From Chrysomallon squamiferum (taxonomy: Eukaryota; Animalia; Mollusca), in the NCBI GenBank assembly GCA_012295275.1, contig CM022677.1, positions 23,002,001-23,066,000 on the forward strand: DNA of 64,000 bases, read 5' to 3'. The notes below the pieces were generated by a model. That model was not told the DNA's origin. It saw nothing but the letters and a program-made list of their open reading frames with translations, and made no database searches. Each line of letters opens with the position of its first letter. Positions within the stretch are counted from its first letter, which is position 1. Below, in pieces: positions 52,197 through 64,000 of the stretch. Both the position numbers and the translations under genes were made by a program.

Positions 52197-53053
52197 CTAT
52201 CCAGAGTCATCCACCTTATAGGCAGGATTGTCATATGAGTGCATTTTCGGGTCCGATTCTGATGTTTCGCTAGTAAATGACTCGTATTTTGTTAGTTTTT
52301 CTTTGTCTTCATCATGTGGAGTATTTCTTCTCCTAGATATTTAAACGAAATACATATATGACTGAAAATATGTTACAAAAATGAAGTTTTAATGTTTTAC
52401 AACAGGCATCATTATAATTTAAATATTTTGAGTATGTGTGAATTGCTATATATGTGTGTTCATGTGTGTGAGGTGGAGTAATTAAAATTTAATCACCTGT
52501 ATATTAGGACACCTATAATAGCGATGACAGAAATAGTTAGTATGACCATGCCTCCAGTCATTCCCTTGAAAGCTAAAAAACAAACTATATTATCTGTTTT
52601 GTATACAGAAAACTAAACTTGTATTTGTTTTGACATGTATTCAGTGCTAAATGTTTCCTTTCCGTTTTGTTTTTTTAATACATGTTGGTGTGTGTGTGCA
52701 GCTATATGCAGGTGTACATCTGCAAATGAGTATAGAAAGGTTGTTCAGTTTACTTTATAAAAAAAATAATAAACCTGGTGATGATTCTATGTCTTTTTCA
52801 GATTTTGCAGCCTGGGGATTATCTCCTGTTACTGAAATATAATATTAATAATAATAATAAAAACCTAATAGCATAATAAAAAACAACAACAACAAAATAA
52901 TAATAATTAATCATTTTAATAATAATAACATATAACATAAGAAGAAGGTGGAAAAATTAAAACAATAAGTAAATATGTAATATATATAATGAAAACAAAG
53001 TAATCCCTTATTCAAACTAATTTACTTATAAGTTTCTCACCTTCATGAGCTTC

Positions 53054-53090
<37 letters not shown>

Positions 53091-55032
53091 GAATCAATTG
53101 ATTATAATAATTATAATACATAAAAATAGGATGTATTGAAAGAAAAACAAAATCGGAATATATGAATATCACGATATGTTCATTTAATTTTACAACAAAT
53201 TAATAAAAAAAGAACAGTTTTAATAACAAAAAGTAAAATAAATTTTACTCACGTTTAGAATAATTTTCTAAAATAATAATAATAATAACAAATAAATAAA
53301 TAATTAATTAAAATATTTTTTTCAAATGAGTGAACTTGGATATGAAAGAAACTAATATTAATAATAACAAGAATTACAATAATAACAAACATATTTGCTC
53401 TCCTTCAGTTTTATTTGTATTACATGAGTAATATAAAATATCAATAATAATAATAATAATAATAGTAATAATATATGGGACAGAGAGAGAGAGAAATAGA
53501 GTAAAACTGGAACACATAAAAATTAAATAACAAAGAATCTGAATAATCCTAAATTTAAAAAAGAAAAGAATTGAACCAATTTATTATCACTTTATTATCA
53601 TTTGTGTATATGGATTGCAAATAGTGAAAACTGTATTAATTAATTACCTGCACCCTGTGATTCTGAATCCCAAACACCTGCAGATTTATGTACTTCTGGA
53701 TACAATAACAAAGTAATATTAAGTTTATATATATATTTAAACAGATAGTCAGATAGATGGATGGATAGATATAGGCATATAAACCAAGTAAGAGACCATA
53801 TTTATAAAAGCAGTTTTAAAATAAAATGCATCAAAGTTGTTTACAATAAAATTATTTGATAATTATATATAAATATATACACACTGTCATGATAATGTGT
53901 CTGTATGTGTAGATGGATGTGTGGTTTAAATAATGGAAAAAAAGATAAAGAAGGAAGAATATAAACAATTTCAAAAAAGACAACTGACTTAAAAAAGACA
54001 TGCTTACCTTCATTTACAGTTGGCAAAGTAACTGTGCTTGTAGCTGCTGCTATAGATGAATACAATCATAAGTTATTTTGAAGCCTTAAATAAGTCTCAA
54101 AGTTATAAAAAATATATTCAATAACAGAAATATCTATTGATCAAAAATAAAAAAAATTAATAGGTGTACATGAAATGGAGAAAAAAATGGCAAAATAATA
54201 AGAGAAATAAAGAGTGAAATGAATTTATTCAGTTTTCATTAGAGTATAATTAATTGTTTTATCTGCAATGACTGGGCATAATCCAATAAAACTTTTTATA
54301 AACTGTTATAATAATTTTTGAAATAGTGTAATAAAATGTTCACGTTTTGAAAAAGAAATTAACCGACTGACATCATATTTTATATGCATGTGTTTGAGTG
54401 TGTGTGTGCAAGGGAGAAAGGCTAAATAAACAAAAGAGAAATAGATAAAGAAAAATTATACAAAAGACTGAGGATTAAAGAGAGAAAGAGAGATTTCAAT
54501 GAATTTAATTAAACACATTTTCAGTATTACTGATTTATTCTTAAGATAAAATTATAAATGAAAAAGTAAAATAATAAAACTTTTGAATAATTAACAGTAA
54601 GAGCATCAGTAATAACAATAACAAAACAACAACAACAATAACAAAAATAATAAAAATGATAATGATAATTTTGTAGATAAAAAGTTTCATAAATAGCTTC
54701 ATATACACACAAATATGCATTCAGACAAATACTAGTTCTAGCTGAAAAATGCAAAATGTTAACTTAGAAACTTTGAATTTTGACAAAAAACAATGAATTA
54801 CCATTTGTTAATGTAAGCATTGGTTAAAAAATAAAGTGAAAAAATTTTATTATTTTATTACCTGTACCCACTGTTTCTGAATCCTGAATGCCTGGAGTTT
54901 TACTTTGTTCTGGAAAGATAACAAACTGTTTATTAAACACTGTCACGGCTTACCTCTGCTTTTTCAGTAATGAAGTCAGTTACTTACTTTATAATATTAT
55001 TGTTATTTTATTATTGTTGTTGTTGTTGCTGG

Positions 55033-55063
<31 letters not shown>

Positions 55064-57835
55064 CACCTGTGTTAGATTCAGAGGTCTCTTCTATCTCAGT
55101 ATTCTCAATATCTAAAATGAAATACAAAATGAAAAACAAAAACAAATAGGTAAATGTCAAATAAAATAATTTTAATCCTGGATTCTATTTTCACTCTCAA
55201 AAGCACGCATATGCATATTTATCAAAAAATGTCAAGAGAAAACACTGATAAACTCATTTATCATTCCCAGTCAATGGCCAACAGACAACTGACTGATAGA
55301 AATTACACAAAAGACAGCTGACCAAAAGGATATTACATCAAAAGACTTTTTGCCCAGCAGATATTTAACTGAACTGATTGCCACTTAAAACCTATAAAAA
55401 ATGTACATACAAAAATTAATAAATCAAACATGGTTTTACATTATTTGATATTTAATGTTTAATGTTTAGGGACATTAGTAAGAAAGAATCAGCAAAGACC
55501 AGTATCAGGATACTAAGAAAGAATAAATTCTCAGAGAAGGAATTAAAAACTATAAAAAATCAAATTTGACTGGCTTAACATACAAATTAAGTTAGTTAAG
55601 ACTATATCTGAACACATAGCTCACACAGTAAAAACAAGAACAGCAACAAAAACAAAAACAAAAACAAAAAATACATTATGAAAAAAAATATCAAACCTGA
55701 AAAGATGTCTTCACCACGAAGTTCTGGAAAACCTAATAAAAAATATACCTAACAAGTAAGTTTAAATGTATATTATAAAAATGGAATGGATGAAGGAATG
55801 GTAAAATAAAACATTAATTTTGTACATACTGTATAAAGAGTGCTATAAGAAGTTATAAACATACATTACACATACACACACACACACACACACACATACA
55901 CATACACATAGATAAGAGACTGAAAGACAATGAGGAAGAAGAATGATAAATAAAATAAAAAATACTTGCCACCAGTGATATCAAAATAACTATACTCAGG
56001 AATTTCTAGAAAAAAAGAAATTAAATGCATTTATTTACTGTTTGTGCATTTCTCCATGTTATGTTTTCCTTTTATTCATGATATATGCAAATAAAATTAA
56101 CAGAAAAACAAACAAATGGGAATAATTCTAAATATATGCACATGCATAAACCACATATAAAATTTAGTAAAGAATATTGAGAAAAAAAGTATTCCAAAAA
56201 TATACTGAAAAATATTTAAAAGATTATTATTACAGCAATTAATATTTCCTTTTTGTTGGTTTTTTCTTGATTGTCTTTTTTGCTGTGATTAATATACTAT
56301 TTGATGACACATGTATTTATAAATAAATAATTGTGACAGGTGAACCAAAAGCTTCTTCCACCATGTGAAGAGATAGGCAGTGGTATAATACATACATACA
56401 TACACACATACATACATACATACATATATAAAATTACGATGGGTGATCAAAGTTTCTTCCATCATATGAAAAGCAGACAGGGGTATAATACATACATACA
56501 CACATACATACATACATACATATATATAAAATTATGATAGGTGATCAAAAAGTTTCTTCCATCATATGAAAAGTAGACAGGGTTATTTTTATATCACCTT
56601 TCCATTTAGAGGAAATTCATGAAAAAAGCTTGAAGAATGTGATTTTTAATTATGAAGATACCACCTACCAAAGAAGTTAACAATTCAAAGAGATAAATAA
56701 AATAAATGTATTGTAACAAACCTTCTTTAAATTCACTGTGTGTTGTTTCAGTTGGTCCTGATTAAAAAGATAAAACTACAGTGTAAGTTAACATACATTC
56801 ATGCAGTAAAGTATATTTTGGTTTTCATAATGAGTTGGTGTTAAAGTGAGGATGCTGTCAGTTAATTATATTAAAATTATCATCAAGAAAAATGAAAACA
56901 GTATATCTGTTTTTATTCAATAAAAAAAGCAAAACAGCAAAAATGGTAATTTGTTAAAGATTTCATTCACTAATGGTAATTATATAACTATAACAAAGAT
57001 AAGACAGTATTTACTCTTTCACTGTTTAAAATGGACTGTAGGTGATATCACAGTAAACGTATGTCAGTGGATTTGATAGAAATAGCTACTTTTTTAATAT
57101 TTTTTATACAAAACATATTTTTTGATTCACTTGATTATCATAGAGTACTTCTTTCCCTACATATATATATATATATATATATGGAAATAAGTACTCTAAT
57201 ATATAGGGAAAGAAGTACTCCAGCAATGATAATCAAGTGAATAAAAAAATATTTTTTGTATACAAAATATAAAAAAAAGTATATATATGTATGTAAATAC
57301 ACCTTACTTTATATGTACAGCACAATTAAATGATGACAAATGGTAAAAAACAAATACCTTCATAAAGCAAATCTGAATCTGCAGTTCCAAACACTGGAAG
57401 GTATTCCCCTGAATATATTTGTAATTAAATGTTTTAAATTAAGTTTTAAAATATTTATAAACATTCTTAAAAAGCAGAAATAATTATATATATATATAAA
57501 AAATATATTAATATCATTTTAAATATTAGGCAAAGTTGGAAGTATGTATCAAAAGCAAATAAAAATAACAATCTTGAATAGTTTTTGACAATAATTAAAA
57601 CAAAATCATATATTTAACAAAAGATTATATCTGTATGTATGTATACTACTCACTTTCTTCTTTCGGTTCATATCCAGAGCCTGATAAAGGAAGAAAAAAA
57701 ATAAATCGATAATGATCAATCTCTTTTCATTATATTTTGACACACACAGGGGAAATATACTCAATTTAAAAATGGCTTTGAAACAAGATTATAAATTTAA
57801 GCAAAGACACACAAATACAGTAAAAAAACCTTTCT

Positions 57836-57873
<38 letters not shown>

Positions 57874-58107
57874 TGAGAGCAATATAAATAATTCATATAT
57901 TTAAAATAAGCATACTGAACAGACATGTATAAATTATTTATACTGCTATCAGTTGAACTAATTCTGTGTGAATAGACTGGTTTATCAAACATGATCACAT
58001 GATTTGTACCTTCATTAAAAACATTTATTTGATTCTTTGATCCAGAATTCTTTGCTTGTCGGTCTGAAAAGAAAAATGTGGAATGAGTTGTTTTTGAACT
58101 GTCTGCG

Positions 58108-58171
<64 letters not shown>

Positions 58172-59290
58172 AATAAAATTATAAATAGAAGGCAAAATTG
58201 ACAGTAGACTATCAACAATGCAAATAAGAATTAACATCATCATTATGAAAATATTAATTACATAATAAGTAAATTTTAAATAATTATAAAAATAATTATC
58301 TATGCTAAATCAAATTTATATTAAAAAAGTTATTATGAATTGAAGGAACTGTCTACATGGGAATCTATTTAAATTGTATTCCAATGTCATACTTTTTAAA
58401 TAAATACAGGATTAACTATATGATTAAAAACGATTAAGATATAAAGATATATGAAAATATTTAGAAGTATAGGTTATTTGTTGTCACCTGCTTCTTCTGC
58501 TATTTCCAACTTACCATTCTCATCACACTGGCCACCTGAGCATTGTCTTGTATATGATTCCAGCTTTTCACCAACACAAGCTGCGTTGTCAAGATTTTGG
58601 CATTCTCTTATTAAAAGAACTTTCTGCACACATGATCTTGAACATGTACTTATTTGTTTCTCCCAAGATGTCCAGTCAGAATATGCTTGTAAATGAGCAA
58701 ATAATTACAATAAAACTAAAAGAACATCTGTTAACTTCACTCCAAAAATACGGCATAAATCAATTTTCTTTTTTAACAATTTGTTTTTTTTTTTTTTAAG
58801 CCTTCTTTATACAGTCTTATATTATCATTTGAGAGTAAAAATTTAGTTCTTTCTAGCAATGACTAGTTCAGCTGATTTGGCTAGAAGTATATATATAAAT
58901 AAATAAAAATATAATGTTCTACCTTTACTAAGTATTGTTGTTTGTTGATGGTAATGATAAAGAAAGGTAATAATAATATTAGTAATAATAATAATAATAA
59001 TTTTAAAAGTTATATATCAGTTTGAAGATTGTAATGATGTTGGTTAAGTTATAAATTATAGATTTAATAAACTATTATTAGATCAGATGTCGAGAACTGA
59101 AATTCAAGTTCTGACTATAATCAAAACTAACTGTAATTTGAAATTAATTTAACTGTAAAGCAATTGTAGGAGTAAACTATTTCTGTATTAAATATCATAG
59201 AAAGTTAGTAATTAATTTCCTTCTAACTGCAGACTAAATTACAAAAACTAATATTTTTTATTAACATATTTCTTCTTCTTCTTCTTCTTC

Positions 59291-59385
<95 letters not shown>

Positions 59386-59472
59386 GTGGCTGTATTAGCA
59401 GTTTTAGTATGATGACATATACAAACCTAATGTGAATATTTGTGAGATCAGGAGGTAAATAATAATTTTCAT
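52197..59472 (-). CDS. Gene G: signal peptide - 1 TSR - acidic Ser/Thr-rich stalk encoded by ~13 small exons - TM - tail with YDNPAY
   Basis: Exons 59427-59472 (MKIIIYLLISQIFTL) and TSR 58515-58685. Small phase-1 exons at 58010-58063, 57654-57680, 57358-57408, 56722-56757, 55970-56005 (GC donor), 55697-55732, 55067-55111, 54862-54909, 54008-54049, 53648-53695, 53253-53267, 53041-53052, 52775-52831. TM 52497-52572, tail 52197-52332. Every small exon is a multiple of 3 and stop-free. Confidence 0.75.
56340..56585. repeat. Short tandem triplication (ggtgatcaaaagtttcttccatcatatgaaaagcagacagggg + (taca)n)
   Basis: Three related copies near 56340, 56441 and 56540. Confidence 0.75.
57088..57280. 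repeat. Long imperfect inverted repeat (foldback / MITE-like)
   Basis: ttcacttgattatcat..agagtacttctttccctacatatat is mirrored by atatagggaaagaagtact..atgataatcaagtgaa; arms ~75-85 bp. Confidence 0.8.
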
Positions 59473-60563
59473 ATTCTTATTCACCTTACTGAATTACCTG
59501 TAAATAAATCATATACGTATTAATCATATAAATACCAAATTATTTATTTGCTCATTTACTGTATGGTTATTACAGATGTTTTGTTATTATTACAGAAATT
59601 TTAAGACAGTCTGCCAAATTTAGACTGTAGATTAATTTGAGAAACAGTCTTTGAAATAACATCTACTGATAAATACCTCAGAATAAATTATTTCTTATTT
59701 AATTAATTTATTTATTAATACTAGTACAACTTTTTTTTTTTAACTCTTAAATTAACAACTACTGCTACAAAGCCATTAATGGAACAAAAATATATTAATG
59801 TAACTTAATAATATTCATTCAGTAATTATGTCGTTTACTTGACGCAGACGACATTCACAATATCAAAAGATAAGATAACGTTTCTGTAAACCTCGCTGCA
59901 AAAGTGAAACATTTTTGTTAGAGTTTCAAATACAATCTTCAATGTTTTGTTGTTTTTTGGTGTTTAGGGGTTTTTTTATTTTTTTATCATAGTTACCTAC
60001 CATAGAGCGAATCAAGAATTTAACGCTATCATCTCTTGCCCTATTTTGGAAATTAGGTAAATTAAAAAACAAAATTATGATGTTGGAGATTAGACTCGGT
60101 CAGTTTCCTTTTTACCTTTTTATTATTATTAATATTATTATTATTATAATTTTATGTTTTTAATTTTTATATATTAATTTTATTTATTTTTATTTTATTT
60201 TTTTTTATTCTGTCTTTTGCACGTTAAATTCGGTACTTATCGGTATTTTTCGGCAATCACACACACGCGCACACACACACACACACACACACACATACAA
60301 ATGTATTTACATACATACCTTAATAATTATAATAATTAATTATAATTTTAATAAATATTTATTTATTTACCTACTCACTTTGAAGTGTGAAGGAAATGAT
60401 TTTAGGAACTAATGGAGCAGGAATGTCCGTTACGCCGAGTTTGGAAGAAAATTATTTGATAGATATATATATATTACTGGACAAAGGTTTTGTTTTTGTA
60501 TGTATGACTGCAGGAAAGTAAAGTAATACTATATCGTTCTATGAATTATAGATATCTTTATTA

Positions 60564-60600
<37 letters not shown>

Positions 60601-60968
60601 ATTTTAAATTTTTACCTCTTTGTTTGGTAGCCATTATTCTACTTTGTTTACGATAATTACATGCCTCGCTTTCGTAACGCCGATCCATGGAAAGCTTGAG
60701 TATTTACTAATCACTTTAATTTAATTTGTTTTTGTTTGCTTTCTTTTTTCTAGGATTGAAATAAATACTGTAATTAATTATAGTAAAGATTTAAAATTAT
60801 TCCTATTTTCCAGCGTAAGGTTAGTATTTAAATTTAATTATTTTATCTTTTTTATTATTATTATAATTAAATTAATAAAATACAAGTGCGTTAACTAATG
60901 TCGTCTGCTATCCGAAAAATGTATTTCAGTTGTTTGTTAGAACACACTTACTAATAGGATTAATCTAC

Positions 60969-61014
<46 letters not shown>

Positions 61015-61290
61015 TACTACAATATTTTAAAATTATTATTATTACAAAGAAAGTAGAGGATAACATAAAACAGCTGTTACATAGTCGTCTGCTTGTGCAT
61101 CATGATGTCAGATATTTTTTTACTAACGAAGGTTCCTAATTCTTAGTTTATCGCGTTTTTTTTTCAATCATTTTTGTTGTTACTATTGTAGAATGAAAGG
61201 CTTCAAGTCCTTGAAACAACGACGTTATAATTTCAATAAATACGATATCAAAATAAATAAATATATTTTTTATTATTAACGCTTTTGGAA

Positions 61291-61332
<42 letters not shown>

Positions 61333-61549
61333 CATCATCATCATTATTATTATTATTATTATTATTAACGCTTTTGGAAATTTATTATTATTATTATTAT
61401 TATCATTATTATTATTATGTTCTGTGTTTGTAATATTTGAAATTAAACTCTATATTTTATTATGATTTAAAAAGTAACAAAATAAATTTCACTTCAAGAG
61501 AGAAATTTCATTTCGTTTTAAAGGTTTGTCTTCAAGAGAGTTGGAAAAT

Positions 61550-61855
61550 ATGAACATTTTAATGCTGATTGCAGTATGCTTTACAGGTTTGTGAATCCCC
61601 GATATTTTTTGTTCACCATAATCATCATCATTATCAATGTTTTGTTCATTCATTCATGTATTTGTTTGTTTGTTTGTTTGTTTGCTTAAGTCAATGTGTT
61701 TCTTGAATTTTTTTAGAAGAGGTATTTCCTGAGGCAAGAATACAGCCATTCCTTTGAAGACAAATGTATATATTTTTATTAATTTCATATTATTTTATTA
61801 TAACTTATATGTTTAAATGTTCTTTATTGTTTGAGTGTGTGTATGTGTGTTTGTA

Positions 61856-61896
<41 letters not shown>

Positions 61897-62504
61897 CAGA
61901 CAGAGATTTATAGACCTGGTTTATTTATTTGTTTAGTAATTAATTAATATATTCTTACTCTATTATTACTTATTTATAACCTTTTTAAATTATTTAACTT
62001 CCCAGTGACTGCAGCACCGTCATCAGGAGGTAATATATTTATTTAATTATTTATTTATTTATTATTTACATATGTTAGAAAGTTATCAGGATATATGATT
62101 TTGATTTTATTTATTTATTATTAGTATTATTGCTGTTGTTACTGTTGTTGTTGTTGTTGTTGTTTTTAATTTATTTTGATTTATTTGTGTTCTTAATATT
62201 GATAATTAACTTAACAACGTTATGACATCAATTTTGGTTTCTTCATGCCTTGTTGACTGGGATAACAATGGGCGTCTGTATATACAATTCCACTTATAAT
62301 AAACCTATAACCTAAAGATATTTCATTTTACTGGGGAAGGTTGGACAGAATGGAACACAGTGGAAGGTATTTGTTTAGACACCTGCAAACGATTGATAGT
62401 AATTGGCAGGACTTGTACAACTGATAATAGCACCTGTTCTGGACTGCCAGTTAAAAAGGCTTACCAAGTTGAATGTACAGGGCAATTCTGTCATGTCAGT
62501 AAGT

Positions 62505-62597
<93 letters not shown>

Positions 62598-62979
62598 TTC
62601 TATTTTTTTCTATTACACTTATTTCTACTGTTGATCACACTAATTTATTGCTGAAGATTCTGTGGTAGTTTCAGCAGCTTATTAGAAAGTTGGTGTTTTT
62701 TTCCCTTATCAAAGCTTATTTTATTTCCCAAATTTTTTTTGTATTATTTCATTTTTTATTTATTTATTTATTTATTCATTTATTTATTTTTTGCTTTTTC
62801 TTTTCAAAACGACTTAGTTAGATAAGTAATCAAATAAAGTCATAAGGTAAGACGATCCCTTTATAAATTTGATATATTTCAGAACCACCATCTAAGCTTA
62901 CATCCAGCTCAAATGATGCAGGTAAATAGCAATAGGAAGCATATTATTTTTTTTATTAACTTTCTCATATGATTAATAT

Positions 62980-63014
<35 letters not shown>

Positions 63015-63422
63015 TCATCATCATCATCATACACATACAAATAGAGAGAGAGAGACTCACGCACATATAACATGCTTAAATAATTGAACATTACTGGCCA
63101 GATCGCAAGTAGTTTTTACATCAGGCCAAAATCAAATATTAGATTTAGAAAATCGTATACATATATATGTATGTAATGTATATATAAAATGGCACTACTA
63201 TTAAACCAACTAGAAACCCGCCTAGGGTACATATCTCAGTATTATTTAAAACTTATTACTTAAACCAAAAACAATTTTGTTTATCTGTAGTTTTCATTCA
63301 GACACTCATAAAGGGACTAAGTTCATTATTTGCATTGCAAGGCACATGTTTTGTCATCGTTTTTAAGAACGTGCAAACAGGACCACTGTCATATTATTTA
63401 CTGATGCTGTTGGTATCTTATG
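61550..63422 (+). CDS. Gene H (partial or possibly degenerate): signal peptide - small exon - 1 TSR - small exon - weak hydrophobic exon
   Basis: Exons 61550-61586 (MNILMLIAVCFT), 62006-62029 (VTAAPSSG), TSR ~62340-62498 (WTEW..CLDTC..RTC..C..C..C), 62883-62921, and candidate 63368-63422. The TSR acceptor and the TM exon are uncertain, and I found no last exon in the window. Confidence 0.55.
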
Positions 63423-63856
63423 GTACTTATTCTTGCAATTTAAAATACATTTAGCTCGTGCAAAAGTTTGTGTGGGCTTTTTTGCGGAGGGTGTTCTTTT
63501 TCTGAAAAACATGTTTATAAAAAGTCCAAGTTGGCCTTTGCACAAAATGCAGACCCTGCATAAATCATTAATGGAAGATTATTATATGAATCAATAAAGG
63601 TACTGATTATTTTTTAAATAATTCTATATGTGTGTGGCTGGGTGTTTCTGAGTATATATATATATATGTTATTTTGCTATTTTTAATATTAAAAAAAAAA
63701 ATAAATAAAATAACATAAAATATAATTAAATTAATTTTTAATATTGTTTTAATTGTTCTTATTTTATTTTATTTTATTTAATTTTTTAACATACTTCTGA
63801 TTGATGATTTTGGCTGTTTGTAAAGAATATAAAGGCAAAACAAATTTCATGCTATA

Positions 63857-63903
<47 letters not shown>

Positions 63904-64000
63904 GTTATTGGTATTAATCTCAAGAGAATAACAGTTTATTAACTTTCATATCTCATTCCTGTTAATACTTTCATATTGTGGTGTTTTCTCTATCAATTAT

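Noticed and set aside
58923-58927. Candidate 5-nt microexon (tag|TAAAG|gtag) in gene G, and similar candidates near 54954 and 61717
   Set aside because: Not frame-preserving or leading to stops; probably chance splice-like motifs.

Overview
AT-rich, microsatellite-dense eukaryotic (invertebrate) genomic DNA; the composition is compatible with a mollusc such as an octopod cephalopod, but this is inference. I assembled exons by hand from GT/AG boundaries and phases. The window is a tandem cluster of at least 7 complete paralogous genes plus 1 partial or degenerate one (A-H), all encoding type-I membrane proteins built from thrombospondin type-1 repeats (TSRs). Three long members (A -, C +, D -) have the architecture signal peptide / 6-nt microexon / N-terminal GON domain / 8-9 TSRs / TM / short tail, with no metalloprotease. 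GON is classically the C-terminal domain of ADAMTS9/20/GON-1. Short members lack GON: B, E and F have 1-3 TSRs, and G has 1 TSR plus an acidic stalk encoded by about 13 small exons. The TSR stalks are nearly identical between genes, introns included, while the GON heads are diverged. Long and short genes form head-to-head pairs, several genes share a CRE-like promoter module, and the tails share a [FYH]-[DE]-N motif that becomes NPxY/NPxF in F and G. The window also holds the last exon of an upstream gene, a Tigger/pogo remnant, minisatellites and several hairpins. All gene models come from manual reading and need RNA-seq confirmation.
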